Source: Eubacteriales bacterium
Lineage (GTDB): Bacteria; Bacillota; Clostridia; Oscillospirales; CAG-272
NCBI GenBank assembly: GCA_045657645.1
Contig: JAZOTL010000003.1
Span: 1-38,764, forward strand
Direction of reading: 5' to 3'
Length of the DNA stretch: 38,764 bases
This document shows positions 8,637 to 18,094 of this stretch, piece after piece. The first letter of the stretch is position 1, and every line of letters begins with the position of its first letter. Both the position numbers and the translations under genes were made by a program. A model generated the notes under the pieces. It saw only the letters and a program-made list of their open reading frames with translations. It was not told the origin of the DNA and ran no database searches.

Positions 8637-8948
8637 GTGGCAGTTAATGAAAAGCTGAGAATCAGACTCAGAAGCTACGATCACACCTTGATCGACACAG
8701 CCGCTGCAAAGATCGTTGAAACCGCAAAGCGCAACGGTGCTGCAGTGTCCGGTCCTATTCCGTTGCCCACCGAGAAAGAGATAGTTACTATCCTTCGTGC
8801 GGTGCACAAGTATAAGGACAGCCGTGAACAGTTTGAGCTGAGAACACACAAGAGACTCATTGATGTAATCAAGCCCTCTAAGGCAGCAGCCGAGGCTATC
8901 ATGAGTCTGGAACTTCCCGCCGGAGTTGAAATCGAAGTTAAGCTTTAA
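8637..8948 (+). CDS. rpsJ: 30S ribosomal protein S10
   Basis: 103 aa; [14 protein letters not shown]...SGPIPLPT is the S10 signature. GTG start after GGAGG. Confidence 0.96.
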   Translation: MAVNEKLRIRLRSYDHTLIDTAAAKIVETAKRNGAAVSGPIPLPTEKEIVTILRAVHKYKDSREQFELRTHKRLIDVIKPSKAAAEAIMSLELPAGVEIEVKL

Positions 8949-9107
8949 TTATTATAATTAAGGTAGAATTTCGGTAAGTGCCGATAAGGCACACTGCCGA
9001 GATACGAATTAACCTTTGATTAGTAAAACGGTGAGAGTTTTATGTCAAGTTGCTCCGCTTCCGATGCCGGTATGAGCAACCAATAACTAAAACAGGAGGA
9101 ACAAAAA
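8949..9107 (+). promoter_or_regulatory. Unusually long structured rpsJ-rplC intercistronic spacer
   Basis: 159 nt. Hairpin TCGG..GTGCC-GATAA-GGCAC..CCGA lies at 8971-9000. Hairpin GTTGCTC...GAGCAAC lies at 9049-9080. AGGAGGA RBS is at 9094-9100. Confidence 0.3.
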
Positions 9108-9740
9108 ATGAAAAAAGGCATTATTGCAAAGAAGATCGGTATGACCCAGATCTTCGACGAACTCGGAAACGTAATTCCGGTAACCGTTGTTGAAGCAGGA
9201 CCCTGTGTAGTGGTTCAGAAGAAGACGGTTGAAAACGACGGCTACGAAGCTATCAAGCTTGGTTTTGATACAGTAGCAGAGAAGAAGCTTAACAAGGCTG
9301 ACGCAGGTCAGTTCAAGAAGGCTAACGTAGAGTGCAAGAAGTACCTCAAGGAGTTCAGACTCGAGGACACATCCGCTTACAACGTAGGCGATACAATTGC
9401 AGCTACAACATTCGTTGCAGGTGATCACATTGATGTTACCGGCACCACAAAGGGCCGCGGTTACACCGGTGCAGTTAAGAGATGGGGAGCTCACATCCTC
9501 AGAATGACACACGGTACTGGTCCTATCCACCGTCAGGTTGGTTCAATGGGCGCATGCTCCAGCCCCTCCAGAGTTTTCAAGAACAAGAAGATGGCTGGTC
9601 AGTACGGTAACGAAAAGGTTACAGTTTTAAATCTTGATGTTGTAAAGGTTGATGAAGAGAAGAACCTTATCGCAATTAAGGGTGCAATCCCCGGTGCTAA
9701 GGGCGGTATCGTAATCATCCGTGACAGCGTTAAGGCATAA
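9108..9740 (+). CDS. rplC: 50S ribosomal protein L3
   Basis: 210 aa; [16 protein letters not shown]...[14 protein letters not shown] is canonical L3. Confidence 0.97.
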   Translation: MKKGIIAKKIGMTQIFDELGNVIPVTVVEAGPCVVVQKKTVENDGYEAIKLGFDTVAEKKLNKADAGQFKKANVECKKYLKEFRLEDTSAYNVGDTIAATTFVAGDHIDVTGTTKGRGYTGAVKRWGAHILRMTHGTGPIHRQVGSMGACSSPSRVFKNKKMAGQYGNEKVTVLNLDVVKVDEEKNLIAIKGAIPGAKGGIVIIRDSVKA

Positions 9741-9760
9741 CGCGGAAGGAGGAAAATATA

Positions 9761-10384
9761 ATGGCAAATTTGAAGGTTGTTGACATGACCGGCAAGGATG
9801 TCGGCGATATTACCTTATCCGATGCAGTATTCGGTCAGGAAGTAAATACCGCAGTTCTCCACGCCGCAGTTAAGATGTATCTTGCAAATCAGAGACAGGG
9901 TACACAGTCTACACTTACTCGTACCGAGGTTTCCGGTGGCGGTAAGAAACCCTGGAGACAGAAGGGAACCGGTCGTGCAAGACAGGGTTCAACTCGTGCT
10001 CCTCAGTGGACACACGGTGGTGTTGCTCTTGGTCCTAAGCCCAGAAGCTACCGCATCACTATGAACAAGAAGGTTAAGAGAGTTGCTCTTAAGAGCGCAC
10101 TTTCCGACAAGGTCGCTACAAACAATATGATCGTAGTTGACAGCATCGCTACCGAAGAGTACAAGACCAAGACTATGGTTAACATGCTTAAGGCAGTAGG
10201 TGCAGCAAAGAAATCTCTCGTTGTTCTTGCAGAAAAGGACGAAAAGGTTGTTGGAAGCTTCTCCAACATTCCCGGCGTAAAGGTTGCATACGTTAACACA
10301 ATCAACGTATACGATATCCTCAACGCAGGATCCCTTATCTGCGCAAAGGCAGCAGTTGAGAAGATCGAGGAGGTTTACGCATGA
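9761..10384 (+). CDS. rplD: 50S ribosomal protein L4
   Basis: 207 aa; GGGKKPWRQKGTGRARQGS motif. Confidence 0.97.
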   Translation: MANLKVVDMTGKDVGDITLSDAVFGQEVNTAVLHAAVKMYLANQRQGTQSTLTRTEVSGGGKKPWRQKGTGRARQGSTRAPQWTHGGVALGPKPRSYRITMNKKVKRVALKSALSDKVATNNMIVVDSIATEEYKTKTMVNMLKAVGAAKKSLVVLAEKDEKVVGSFSNIPGVKVAYVNTINVYDILNAGSLICAKAAVEKIEEVYA

Positions 10385-10674
10385 ACACATTTGACATCAT
10401 AATCAAGCCGATCATTACTGAAGACAGTATGGCAAGAGTTGCTGATAAGAAGTACACCTTTAAGGTAGCTAAGAATGCAACAAAGCCCCAGATCGCAGCT
10501 GCAGTTGAAAAGATTTTCAAGGTTGATGTAGCATGCGTCAACACCATGAATTGCAAGAGCAAGCCCAAGAGACTCGGTGCTCGTCCCGAAGGACGTACAG
10601 CAGAGTGGAAGAAGGCTATAGTAACACTTAAGCCCGATTCCAAGACCATCGAGTTCTTTGACGGTATGATGTAA
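10381..10674 (+). CDS. rplW: 50S ribosomal protein L23
   Basis: 97 aa; IIKPIITE...YTFKV...KKAIVTL. ATGA overlap with rplD. Confidence 0.96.
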   Translation: MNTFDIIIKPIITEDSMARVADKKYTFKVAKNATKPQIAAAVEKIFKVDVACVNTMNCKSKPKRLGARPEGRTAEWKKAIVTLKPDSKTIEFFDGMM

Positions 10675-10695
10675 TCGAGAAGGAGTGAATGAAGA

Positions 10696-11526
10696 ATGGC
10701 AACAAAGAAGTATAAGCCAACTACTCCGGCGAGAAGAAATATGTCGGTACCGTCTTTTGACGAGATCACAAAGTTCTCGCCCGAAAAAAGCTTAATTAAA
10801 ACATTAAAGAAGCATTCCGGCCGTAACAGCTACGGCAGAATCACCGTTCGTCATCAGGGCGGCGGTAACAAGAAGAAGTACAGAATTATCGACTTTAAGC
10901 GTAACGTTGAAGGCGCTACAAAGGTTATCGGTATTGAGTATGACCCTAACAGAACTTCCTACATCGCTCTCCTTGAGAACGAAGCAGGTAAGAAGAGCTA
11001 CGTTATCGCTCCCGACGGCGTAACAGCAGGTGATACACTGTACTCCGGTGCAGATGCTGATATCAAGGCTGGTAACACCCTTCCTATTAGCAACATTCCC
11101 GTTGGTACAATGATCCATAACATCGAGCTTTATCCCGGTAAGGGCGGTCAGCTTGTACGTAGTGCAGGTGCTGCAGCTCAGCTTATGGCAAAGGAAAACG
11201 GTATGGCTCAGGTAAGACTTCCCTCCGGTGAGGTTAGACTTGTTCGTCTTGACTGCAAGGCAACAATCGGTACCGTAGGTAATCTTGAGCACGAAACAGT
11301 TAAGATCGGTAAAGCAGGTAAGAAGCGCCATATGGGTATCCGTCCTACAGTTCGCGGTTCCGTAATGAACCCCTGTGACCACCCTCACGGTGGTGGTGAA
11401 GGTAAGTCCCCCATCGGTCGTCCCACACCTGTAACACCTTGGGGCAAGCCTGCTCTCGGTTATAAGACTCGTAAGAAGAAGGCTCGCACCAATAAGATGA
11501 TTGTAAAACACAGAAACGGTAAATAA
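10696..11526 (+). CDS. rplB: 50S ribosomal protein L2
   Basis: 276 aa; [18 protein letters not shown] and [14 protein letters not shown] motifs. Confidence 0.97.
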   Translation: MATKKYKPTTPARRNMSVPSFDEITKFSPEKSLIKTLKKHSGRNSYGRITVRHQGGGNKKKYRIIDFKRNVEGATKVIGIEYDPNRTSYIALLENEAGKKSYVIAPDGVTAGDTLYSGADADIKAGNTLPISNIPVGTMIHNIELYPGKGGQLVRSAGAAAQLMAKENGMAQVRLPSGEVRLVRLDCKATIGTVGNLEHETVKIGKAGKKRHMGIRPTVRGSVMNPCDHPHGGGEGKSPIGRPTPVTPWGKPALGYKTRKKKARTNKMIVKHRNGK

Positions 11527-11542
11527 GGAGCAGGCAGATTAA

Positions 11543-11824
11543 ATGAGCAGAAGCTTAAAAAAGGGATATTTCGTTGAGTCCAAGCTTTTCGATCGCATTG
11601 TTGCGATGAACGAAGCTAACGAAAAGAAAGTCCTCAAAACATGGTCTAGAGCTTCCACCATATATCCGGAGTTCGTAGGACACACAATCGCCGTTCATGA
11701 CGGAAGAAAGCATGTTCCGGTTTATGTAACTGAGGACATGGTAGGACACAAGCTCGGTGAGTTTGCACCGACAAGAACATACCGTGGTCATGCAGGTTCT
11801 AAGACCTCTAACAACGGTAAATAA
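11543..11824 (+). CDS. rpsS: 30S ribosomal protein S19
   Basis: 93 aa; [10 protein letters not shown]...[28 protein letters not shown]. Confidence 0.97.
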   Translation: MSRSLKKGYFVESKLFDRIVAMNEANEKKVLKTWSRASTIYPEFVGHTIAVHDGRKHVPVYVTEDMVGHKLGEFAPTRTYRGHAGSKTSNNGK

Positions 11825-11844
11825 TTGCAGGGAGGATAATTAAA

Positions 11845-12180
11845 ATGGAAGCAAGAGCTTATCTTAAATATGCCAGAATATCTCCCCGCAAGGTTAAAAT
11901 AGTACTTGACCTTATCAGGGGTAAAGACACAGACACAGCAATGGCTATTCTTAAGAATACACCCAAGTCTGCGTCCGAGTATCTTATAAAGCTGCTCAAG
12001 AGTGCAGTAGCAAACGCCGAAAACAACTTCAATATGGATGCAAAGAATCTCTACGTATCCGAGTGCTTTGTATGCCCCGGTCCTACTCTGAAGCGTATGA
12101 TGCCCAGAGCAAAGGGTCGCGGAGACAGAATACTCAAGAGAACAAGCCATATGACAATCGTTGTTAAGGAAAAAAACTAA
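11845..12180 (+). CDS. rplV: 50S ribosomal protein L22
   Basis: 111 aa; ARISPRKVKIVLDLIRGK...RAKGRGDRILKRTSH. Confidence 0.97.
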   Translation: MEARAYLKYARISPRKVKIVLDLIRGKDTDTAMAILKNTPKSASEYLIKLLKSAVANAENNFNMDAKNLYVSECFVCPGPTLKRMMPRAKGRGDRILKRTSHMTIVVKEKN

Positions 12181-12198
12181 GAGAAGGAGGCAAGCCAA

Positions 12199-13080
12199 AT
12201 GGGTCAGAAAGTAAATCCTCACGGCCTTCGTGTCGGAGTTATTAAGGATTGGGATTCAAGATGGTTCGTACGTGACGAAGAGTTCGGCGATACACTTGTA
12301 TCCGATTACAATCTCAGAAATTATTTAAAGGACGCACACAAGGACGCAGGTATCCCTAAGATCGAGATCGAAAGAGATGCTGATCGCGTTAGAGTGTTCA
12401 TCCACTGTGCAAAGCCCGGTATGCTTATCGGACGCGGCGGTTCTGAAATCACCAAGCTCAAGGAAACTCTTGAAGCTAAGGTTGGTAAGACCGTTATTGT
12501 AAACGTAGTGGAAGTTAAGACCCCCGACCTCAATGCTCAGCTCGTTGCTGAAAACATCGCAGGTCAGTTAGAGCGCAGAGTTTCCTTCCGCCGTGCTATG
12601 AAGCAGGCAATCGGAAGAACAATGCGTCTCGGCGCAAAGGGTATAAAGATTTCCTTAAGCGGCCGTCTTGCCGGTGCGGAAATCGCTCGTACAGAGCATT
12701 ATCATGAGGGTACAATTCCGCTTCAGACAATCCGTGCTGATATCGACTACGGTTTCTATGAAGCAGATACCACTTACGGTAAGATCGGTGTAAAGGTTTG
12801 GATATACAACGGCGAGGTTCTCGCAGATTCCAAGACCAGAACCAGAAGAAATACTGCTGAAGCAGGCGATCGCAAGAACGACAGAAGACGCGGTGATCGC
12901 AGAGACAGACGCGACGGCAACAGAAATAACAGAGGAGGTAACTCCAGAGGATTCAGAGGACAGCAGGAAAGAGAAAACAGAAACTTCTCTAACCGTAAGC
13001 CCGGCTATTCCAAGCCTAAGGCTCCTGTTGCAGCTGAAGCTCCTGCAGAAGCTACCACCACAGAAGGGAGCAACGAATAA
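12199..13080 (+). CDS. rpsC: 30S ribosomal protein S3 with a roughly 70-aa Arg/Gly/Asp/Asn-rich C-terminal extension
   Basis: [13 protein letters not shown]... and the KH domain [11 protein letters not shown] are canonical. The protein is 293 aa, against roughly 220-235 aa for typical S3. Confidence 0.96.
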   Translation: MGQKVNPHGLRVGVIKDWDSRWFVRDEEFGDTLVSDYNLRNYLKDAHKDAGIPKIEIERDADRVRVFIHCAKPGMLIGRGGSEITKLKETLEAKVGKTVIVNVVEVKTPDLNAQLVAENIAGQLERRVSFRRAMKQAIGRTMRLGAKGIKISLSGRLAGAEIARTEHYHEGTIPLQTIRADIDYGFYEADTTYGKIGVKVWIYNGEVLADSKTRTRRNTAEAGDRKNDRRRGDRRDRRDGNRNNRGGNSRGFRGQQERENRNFSNRKPGYSKPKAPVAAEAPAEATTTEGSNE

Positions 13081-13502
13081 TGTTAATGCCTAAGAGAGTA
13101 AAATACAGACGTGTTCATCGCGGCAGACTTAAGGGTAAAGCATCTCGCGGTACTGAGATCGTTTACGGTCAGTACGGTCTCGTTGCTCAGGAACCCGCAT
13201 GGATCACGAGCAACCAGATAGAGGCTGCCCGTATCGCGATGACCCGTTACATCCGCCGTGGCGGTAATGTATGGATCAAAATTTTCCCGGATAAGCCTAT
13301 CACTGAAAAGCCTGCTGAAACTCGAATGGGTTCCGGTAAAGGTTCACCCGAGTATTGGGTTGCAGTAGTTAAGCCCGGAAGAGTACTGTTCGAGATGGAC
13401 GGTGTTGCACCGGAGGTAGCTAAAGAGGCTATGCGTCTTGCTATGCACAAGCTGCCTATCAAATGTAAGTTCGCAATGAAAGCTGAAACAGAGGAGGAAT
13501 AA
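13080..13502 (+). CDS. rplP: 50S ribosomal protein L16
   Basis: 140 aa; [20 protein letters not shown] overlap with rpsC. Confidence 0.96.
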   Translation: MLMPKRVKYRRVHRGRLKGKASRGTEIVYGQYGLVAQEPAWITSNQIEAARIAMTRYIRRGGNVWIKIFPDKPITEKPAETRMGSGKGSPEYWVAVVKPGRVLFEMDGVAPEVAKEAMRLAMHKLPIKCKFAMKAETEEE

Positions 13503-13505
13503 AAA

Positions 13506-13694
13506 GTGAAGATCAATGAACTCAGAGATATGTCTCCCGAAGCTCTTGAGAAAAAACTTAACGAGCTCAAGGAAGAACTTTTTAACCTTCGTTTCCAGCA
13601 CGCTATCAACCAACTCGACAATCCTCACAAGATAGTCGATGTCAAGCGTGACATCGCCCGCGTTATGACCCTTCTCAACGAGAAGAACGCATAA
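13506..13694 (+). CDS. rpmC: 50S ribosomal protein L29
   Basis: 62 aa; [24 protein letters not shown] start. Confidence 0.94.
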   Translation: MKINELRDMSPEALEKKLNELKEELFNLRFQHAINQLDNPHKIVDVKRDIARVMTLLNEKNA

Positions 13695-13715
13695 GGAAAG
13701 AGGAGGTAATTAGTA

Positions 13716-13985
13716 ATGAACGAAACTACATTGGTACGTAACCTCAGAAAGACCCGTGTCGGAATCGTGGTAAGCAACAAGATGGATAAGACAATTGTTG
13801 TAGCCATCAACGACAATTTCAAACATCCTATGTACGGTAAGGTTATGAAGCGTACACTTAAGGTTCATGCACACGACGAAAACAACGAGTGCGGAATCGG
13901 TGATAAAGTTACCATTATGGAGACAAGACCTTACTCCAAGACAAAGAGATGGAGACTTGTCGGAATAGTAGAAAAAGCTAAATAA
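13716..13985 (+). CDS. rpsQ: 30S ribosomal protein S17
   Basis: 89 aa; [14 protein letters not shown]...HPMYGK...[19 protein letters not shown]. Confidence 0.96.
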   Translation: MNETTLVRNLRKTRVGIVVSNKMDKTIVVAINDNFKHPMYGKVMKRTLKVHAHDENNECGIGDKVTIMETRPYSKTKRWRLVGIVEKAK

Positions 13986-14026
13986 GTTGCTACCAAATCA
14001 TAGTAACTGACAGGAGGAAAACAAAA

Positions 14027-14395
14027 GTGTTACAGCAAGAATCACGTATGAAGGTAGCGGATAACACCGGTGCCAAAGAATTACTGTGCATTCGCGTGCT
14101 TGGCGGTACAGGAAGACGTTATGCCAACATCGGCGATGTTGTTGTTGCAGCTGTAAAGAAGGCAGCACCTAACGGACAGGTTAAGAAGGGTGATGTTGTA
14201 AAGGCAGTTGTAGTAAGAACAGTTAAGGGCGTTAAGCGTAACGATGGTTCCTACATCAAGTTCGACGAAAATGCAGCAATCATAATAAAAGACGATAAGA
14301 CCCCCCGTGGTACCCGTGTTTTCGGACCGGTTGCCAGAGAGCTCCGTGATAAGGACTACTTAAAGATCCTTTCACTTGCACCTGAAGTATTATAA
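14027..14395 (+). CDS. rplN: 50S ribosomal protein L14
   Basis: 122 aa; (M)[20 protein letters not shown] start. Confidence 0.97.
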   Translation: MLQQESRMKVADNTGAKELLCIRVLGGTGRRYANIGDVVVAAVKKAAPNGQVKKGDVVKAVVVRTVKGVKRNDGSYIKFDENAAIIIKDDKTPRGTRVFGPVARELRDKDYLKILSLAPEVL

Positions 14396-14408
14396 GGAGG
14401 AAAAATCA

Positions 14409-14723
14409 ATGAATAAAGTACATGTTAAAAGAGATGATACCGTCATTGTTCTTTCCGGTGATGATAAGGGCAAGAAGGGTAAAGTAGTTGAAGTTGCTCC
14501 CAAGGAGGGCAAGGTCATCGTTAGCGGCGTTAACATCGTTTCTAAGCACTCCAAGCCCAGAAGACAGGGCGAGAGCGGCGGAATCGTAAAGGTTGAAGGC
14601 GCTATGTACGCTGACAAGGTTGCTCTTTACTGCGATAAGTGCGGTAAGGGCGTACGTGCAAAGTACAAGATCGATGGCGACAAGAAAGTAAGAGTTTGCG
14701 CTAAATGCGGCAAAGAACTTTAA
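14409..14723 (+). CDS. rplX: 50S ribosomal protein L24 (Zn-ribbon C+ form)
   Basis: ATG 14409 follows AAGGAGG; the track ORF starts 11 codons earlier inside rplN. KOW motif VLSGDDKGKKGKV. C-terminal CDKCG...CAKCG, as I recall for Thermus-type L24. Confidence 0.95.
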   Translation: MNKVHVKRDDTVIVLSGDDKGKKGKVVEVAPKEGKVIVSGVNIVSKHSKPRRQGESGGIVKVEGAMYADKVALYCDKCGKGVRAKYKIDGDKKVRVCAKCGKEL

Positions 14724-14738
14724 TAGGAGGGAAAAGTA

Positions 14739-15278
14739 ATGTCAAGACTTAATGATATGTATAAGGCTGAAGTTGCTCCCGCCTTAATGAAGAAGTTTGC
14801 TTATAAGAGCCCCATGCAGATACCTAAGTTTGATAAGATCGTTATCAACGTAGGTGTAGGCGACGCTAAGGATAATTCCAAGGCAATTGACAGCGTTATC
14901 ACTGATATCTCTGCAATCGCAGGCCAGAAGGCAGTTCCCACTTTCGCAAGAAAGTCTGTAGCTAACTTCAAGCTTAGAGAAGGAATGAAGATAGGCGTTA
15001 AGGTTACACTCCGTGGCGAAAGAATGTATGAGTTTATGGATAGACTCTTCAACATCTCTCTCCCCCGCGTTCGTGACTTTAAGGGTATCAACCCCAACGC
15101 TTTTGACGGCAGAGGAAACTACTCCCTCGGTCTTAAAGAGCAGTTGATCTTCCCCGAAATCGAGTACGAGAAGATTGACAAGATCCGTGGTATGGATATC
15201 GCATTTGTAACAACGGCTAAGACCGATGAGGAAGCAAGAGAACTTCTCACACTCATGGGCGCGCCGTTCGCAAAGTAA
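14739..15278 (+). CDS. rplE: 50S ribosomal protein L5
   Basis: 179 aa; canonical L5 (RGMDI.F.TTA.TDEE). Confidence 0.97.
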   Translation: MSRLNDMYKAEVAPALMKKFAYKSPMQIPKFDKIVINVGVGDAKDNSKAIDSVITDISAIAGQKAVPTFARKSVANFKLREGMKIGVKVTLRGERMYEFMDRLFNISLPRVRDFKGINPNAFDGRGNYSLGLKEQLIFPEIEYEKIDKIRGMDIAFVTTAKTDEEARELLTLMGAPFAK

Positions 15279-15290
15279 GGAGGCAAAATA

Positions 15291-15476
15291 ATGGCTAAGA
15301 AGGCAATGGTATTAAAGCAGCAGAAGGCTCAGAAGTATTCCACAAGAGAATACAACAGATGCAAGATCTGCGGCCGTCCTCATGCTTATCTCCGTAAGTA
15401 CGGTATATGCCGTATCTGCTTCAGAGAACTTGCTTACAAGGGCGAAATTCCGGGTGTTCGCAAAGCATCGTGGTAA
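15291..15476 (+). CDS. rpsN: 30S ribosomal protein S14 type Z (zinc-binding, 61 aa)
   Basis: [23 protein letters not shown] contains CxxC...CxxC. Confidence 0.96.
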   Translation: MAKKAMVLKQQKAQKYSTREYNRCKICGRPHAYLRKYGICRICFRELAYKGEIPGVRKASW

Positions 15477-15578
15477 TAAAACTCCACGCTCAATCGGAAG
15501 GAGATGTAGAGTAATTTACATCTAACCGCCGATACCAAGCCGGTAAACCGGCAACTGCATTAAGGAGGAAAATAAATT

Positions 15579-15974
15579 ATGCAAATGTCAGACGTAATTG
15601 CAGATATGCTTACGCGTATCAGAAATGCAAGCAATGCAAAGCATGCAACAGTGGATGTTCCCGCTTCCAACATGAAGAAGGCTATCGCAGATATCCTTGC
15701 TGAAGAGGGTTACATCAAGGGATACCAGGTTGTTGAAGACGGCAAGCAGGGTATCATCAGAATCACACTCAAGTATGTAAACAAGCAGAAGGCTATCGCA
15801 GGAATCCGCAGAGTTTCCAAGCCCGGTCTTCGTGTTTACTCCAACTGTGAGGATATTCCCAAGGTTATGAACGGTCTCGGAATTGCGATAATCTCCACTT
15901 CCAAGGGTATCATGACTGATAAGAAGGCTCGCAAAGAAAACGTAGGCGGCGAAGTAATCGCCTTCGTATGGTAA
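15579..15974 (+). CDS. rpsH: 30S ribosomal protein S8
   Basis: 131 aa; [14 protein letters not shown] signature. AAGGAGG RBS. Confidence 0.97.
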   Translation: MQMSDVIADMLTRIRNASNAKHATVDVPASNMKKAIADILAEEGYIKGYQVVEDGKQGIIRITLKYVNKQKAIAGIRRVSKPGLRVYSNCEDIPKVMNGLGIAIISTSKGIMTDKKARKENVGGEVIAFVW

Positions 15975-15992
15975 TTAAGGAGGAAGAACAGA

Positions 15993-16532
15993 ATGTCTAG
16001 AATCGGAAGAATGCCGATAGCTGTTCCCGCAGGCGTTGAAATCACAGTAGGCGCTGACAACCTTGTTACCGTAAAGGGTCCTAAGGGAACACTTACACAG
16101 GCTTTTAACAAAGAAATGATAATCAAGCAGGATGGTGCAACCGTAGTGGTTGAGCGTCCTTCCGAAAACAAGAATCACAAGGCTCTTCACGGTCTTACCA
16201 GAACACTTCTCAACAATATGGTTGTTGGTGTTACTGCAGGTTACGAGAAGAAGCTTGAGATCAACGGCGTAGGTTACAGAGCTGCTAAGGCAGGTAAAAC
16301 TCTTACACTTAACCTTGGCTATTCTCACGATGTAAAGTTTGAAGATGCTGACGGTATTACCTTTGAGTGTCCTGATGCTAACACAATTCTCGTTAAGGGT
16401 ATTGATAAGCAGAAGGTTGGCCAGCTGGCTGCTCAGGTAAGAGAAAAGAGACCGCCTGAACCCTACCTTGGTAAGGGTATCAAGTATGCTGACGAGCGAA
16501 TCCGCCGTAAGGCCGGAAAAGCCGGTAAATAA
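15993..16532 (+). CDS. rplF: 50S ribosomal protein L6
   Basis: 179 aa; MSRIGRMPI.VP.GVE...PEPYLGKGIKYADE. Confidence 0.97.
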   Translation: MSRIGRMPIAVPAGVEITVGADNLVTVKGPKGTLTQAFNKEMIIKQDGATVVVERPSENKNHKALHGLTRTLLNNMVVGVTAGYEKKLEINGVGYRAAKAGKTLTLNLGYSHDVKFEDADGITFECPDANTILVKGIDKQKVGQLAAQVREKRPPEPYLGKGIKYADERIRRKAGKAGK

Positions 16533-16550
16533 TGAAAGGAGTGGATTTGC

Positions 16551-16910
16551 ATGGTATCAAGAAAAGACACAAACAAACAGCGTCTTAAGAGACATACAAG
16601 AGTCAGAGCGAAGATTTCCGGAACAGCCGAGAGACCTCGTCTTTGCGTTTATCGCTCCAATGCTAACATCTCTGTACAGATCATAGACGATGTTGCAGGA
16701 AACACACTCGTTTCCGCATCCACACTCGAAAAGAGCTTCACCGAATACGGCGGCAATAAGGCAGCTGCACGTGAAGTTGGTAAGATGATTGCTGCAAGAG
16801 CCCTTGAAAAGGGTATCGAAAACGTAGTTTTCGACCGCGGCGGTTACATTTACCACGGACGTGTTCTCGAGGTTGCTGAAGGCGCCCGTGAAGGCGGACT
16901 CAAATTCTGA
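16551..16910 (+). CDS. rplR: 50S ribosomal protein L18
   Basis: 119 aa; [24 protein letters not shown]...[12 protein letters not shown]. Confidence 0.97.
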   Translation: MVSRKDTNKQRLKRHTRVRAKISGTAERPRLCVYRSNANISVQIIDDVAGNTLVSASTLEKSFTEYGGNKAAAREVGKMIAARALEKGIENVVFDRGGYIYHGRVLEVAEGAREGGLKF

Positions 16911-16929
16911 GCAAGGAGGAGTAACAGAA

Positions 16930-17430
16930 ATGGCAGAAAGAATAGACGCATCTACTCTTGACCTTATGGAAACCAACGTTGCTATTAAGCGTGTATCCAA
17001 GACCGTTAAAGGTGGTCGTATCATCCGTTTTACAGCTATCATGGTTGTAGGTGACGGTAACGGTCACGTAGGTTACGGCTCCGGTAAGGCAGCAGAAGTT
17101 CCCGAAGCAATTCGCAAGGCTATCGAAGATGCTAAAAAGAATATGATCACAGTTTCACTTAAGGGTACTACCATTCCTCACGAGGTAATCGGTGAGTTCG
17201 GCGCAGGAAGAGTTCTTCTTAAGCCTGCTGCAGAAGGTACCGGTATCATCGCAGGCGGCACTGTTCGTAAGGTGCTCGAGGTTGCAGGTATTAAGAATAT
17301 CCGTGCTAAGTGTCTGCGTTCCAATAACCCTGCAAATGTTGTTAAGGCTACATTTGAAGGACTTAAATCACTTCGCACCGCAGAGGAAGTTGCAGCAATG
17401 CGCGGTATCTCTGTAGATGCTTTGAACTAA
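16930..17430 (+). CDS. rpsE: 30S ribosomal protein S5
   Basis: ATG 16930 follows AGGAGGAG; the track ORF begins 23 codons earlier inside rplR. Motifs [25 protein letters not shown]. Confidence 0.96.
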   Translation: MAERIDASTLDLMETNVAIKRVSKTVKGGRIIRFTAIMVVGDGNGHVGYGSGKAAEVPEAIRKAIEDAKKNMITVSLKGTTIPHEVIGEFGAGRVLLKPAAEGTGIIAGGTVRKVLEVAGIKNIRAKCLRSNNPANVVKATFEGLKSLRTAEEVAAMRGISVDALN

Positions 17431-17445
17431 TAAGGAGGCGTCAAA

Positions 17446-17622
17446 ATGGCAAAGGTTAAAGTAACTCTTGTAAAGAGCCTCATCGGTTCAAAACCGAACC
17501 AGAAGTTGACCGCTAAGTCTCTTGGTCTCGTTCGCATAGGCGATTCCATTGAGCACGAGGACGACGCAGTTCTCGCAGGCAAGGTCAAGGTAATCTCTCA
17601 CCTCGTTAAAGTTGGCGAGTAA
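17446..17622 (+). CDS. rpmD: 50S ribosomal protein L30 (58 aa, below the ORF-track cutoff)
   Basis: Translated by hand: MAKVKVTLVKSLIGSKPNQKLTAKSLGLVRIGDSIEHEDDAVLAGKVKVISHLVKVGE. AAGGAGG RBS; position between rpsE and rplO. Confidence 0.93.
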   Translation: MAKVKVTLVKSLIGSKPNQKLTAKSLGLVRIGDSIEHEDDAVLAGKVKVISHLVKVGE

Positions 17623-17652
17623 GAGATAATATTCTAAAAGGAGGAAAAACCA

Positions 17653-18093
17653 ATGAAGCTCCATGAACTTTCACCTGCTCCCGGTTCCGTTACACCTGCA
17701 TGGCGTAAGGGCAGAGGCCCCGGTTCCGGTAATGGTAAGACAGCAGGCAAGGGTCATAAAGGACAGAACGCTCGCTCCGGCGGCGGTGTACGTCCCGGTT
17801 TTGAAGGCGGACAGCTTCCGCTTTATAGAAAGCTCCCCAAGAGAGGATTTAATAACGTTTTCTCCAAGGAGTATGCTATTGTTAATGTAGAGGACCTCAA
17901 CAAATTTGAGGACGGAGCTACAGTAGATATGGCAGCCCTTCTCGAGGCAAAGGTAGTACGCAAGGAACTTTGCGGACTTAAGGTTCTCGGTAACGGCGAA
18001 CTTACTAAAAATATAACTGTAAAGGCTAAGATCTTCTCCGCATCTGCAAAAGCTAAGATTGAGGCTGCAGGAGGAAAGGCTGAGGTGATCTAA
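17653..18093 (+). CDS. rplO: 50S ribosomal protein L15
   Basis: 146 aa; [12 protein letters not shown]...GRG.GSG.GKT.G.GHKGQ. Confidence 0.97.
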   Translation: MKLHELSPAPGSVTPAWRKGRGPGSGNGKTAGKGHKGQNARSGGGVRPGFEGGQLPLYRKLPKRGFNNVFSKEYAIVNVEDLNKFEDGATVDMAALLEAKVVRKELCGLKVLGNGELTKNITVKAKIFSASAKAKIEAAGGKAEVI

Positions 18094-18094
18094 G

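Noticed and set aside
8295-8849. Minus-strand ORFs of 184 aa and 91 aa covering the region upstream of rpsJ and its 5' end
   Set aside because: They overlap the S10 operon promoter, its leader and rpsJ itself. They have no RBS and give low-complexity translations. The region is better explained as a promoter plus structured leader.
15496-15509. A 'start-stop' mini-ORF GGAAGGAG-ATG-TAG in the rpsN-rpsH spacer
   Set aside because: The SD-like sequence abuts the ATG with zero spacing, so productive initiation is unlikely. The bases are better explained as the 5' arm of the 15502-15523 hairpin.
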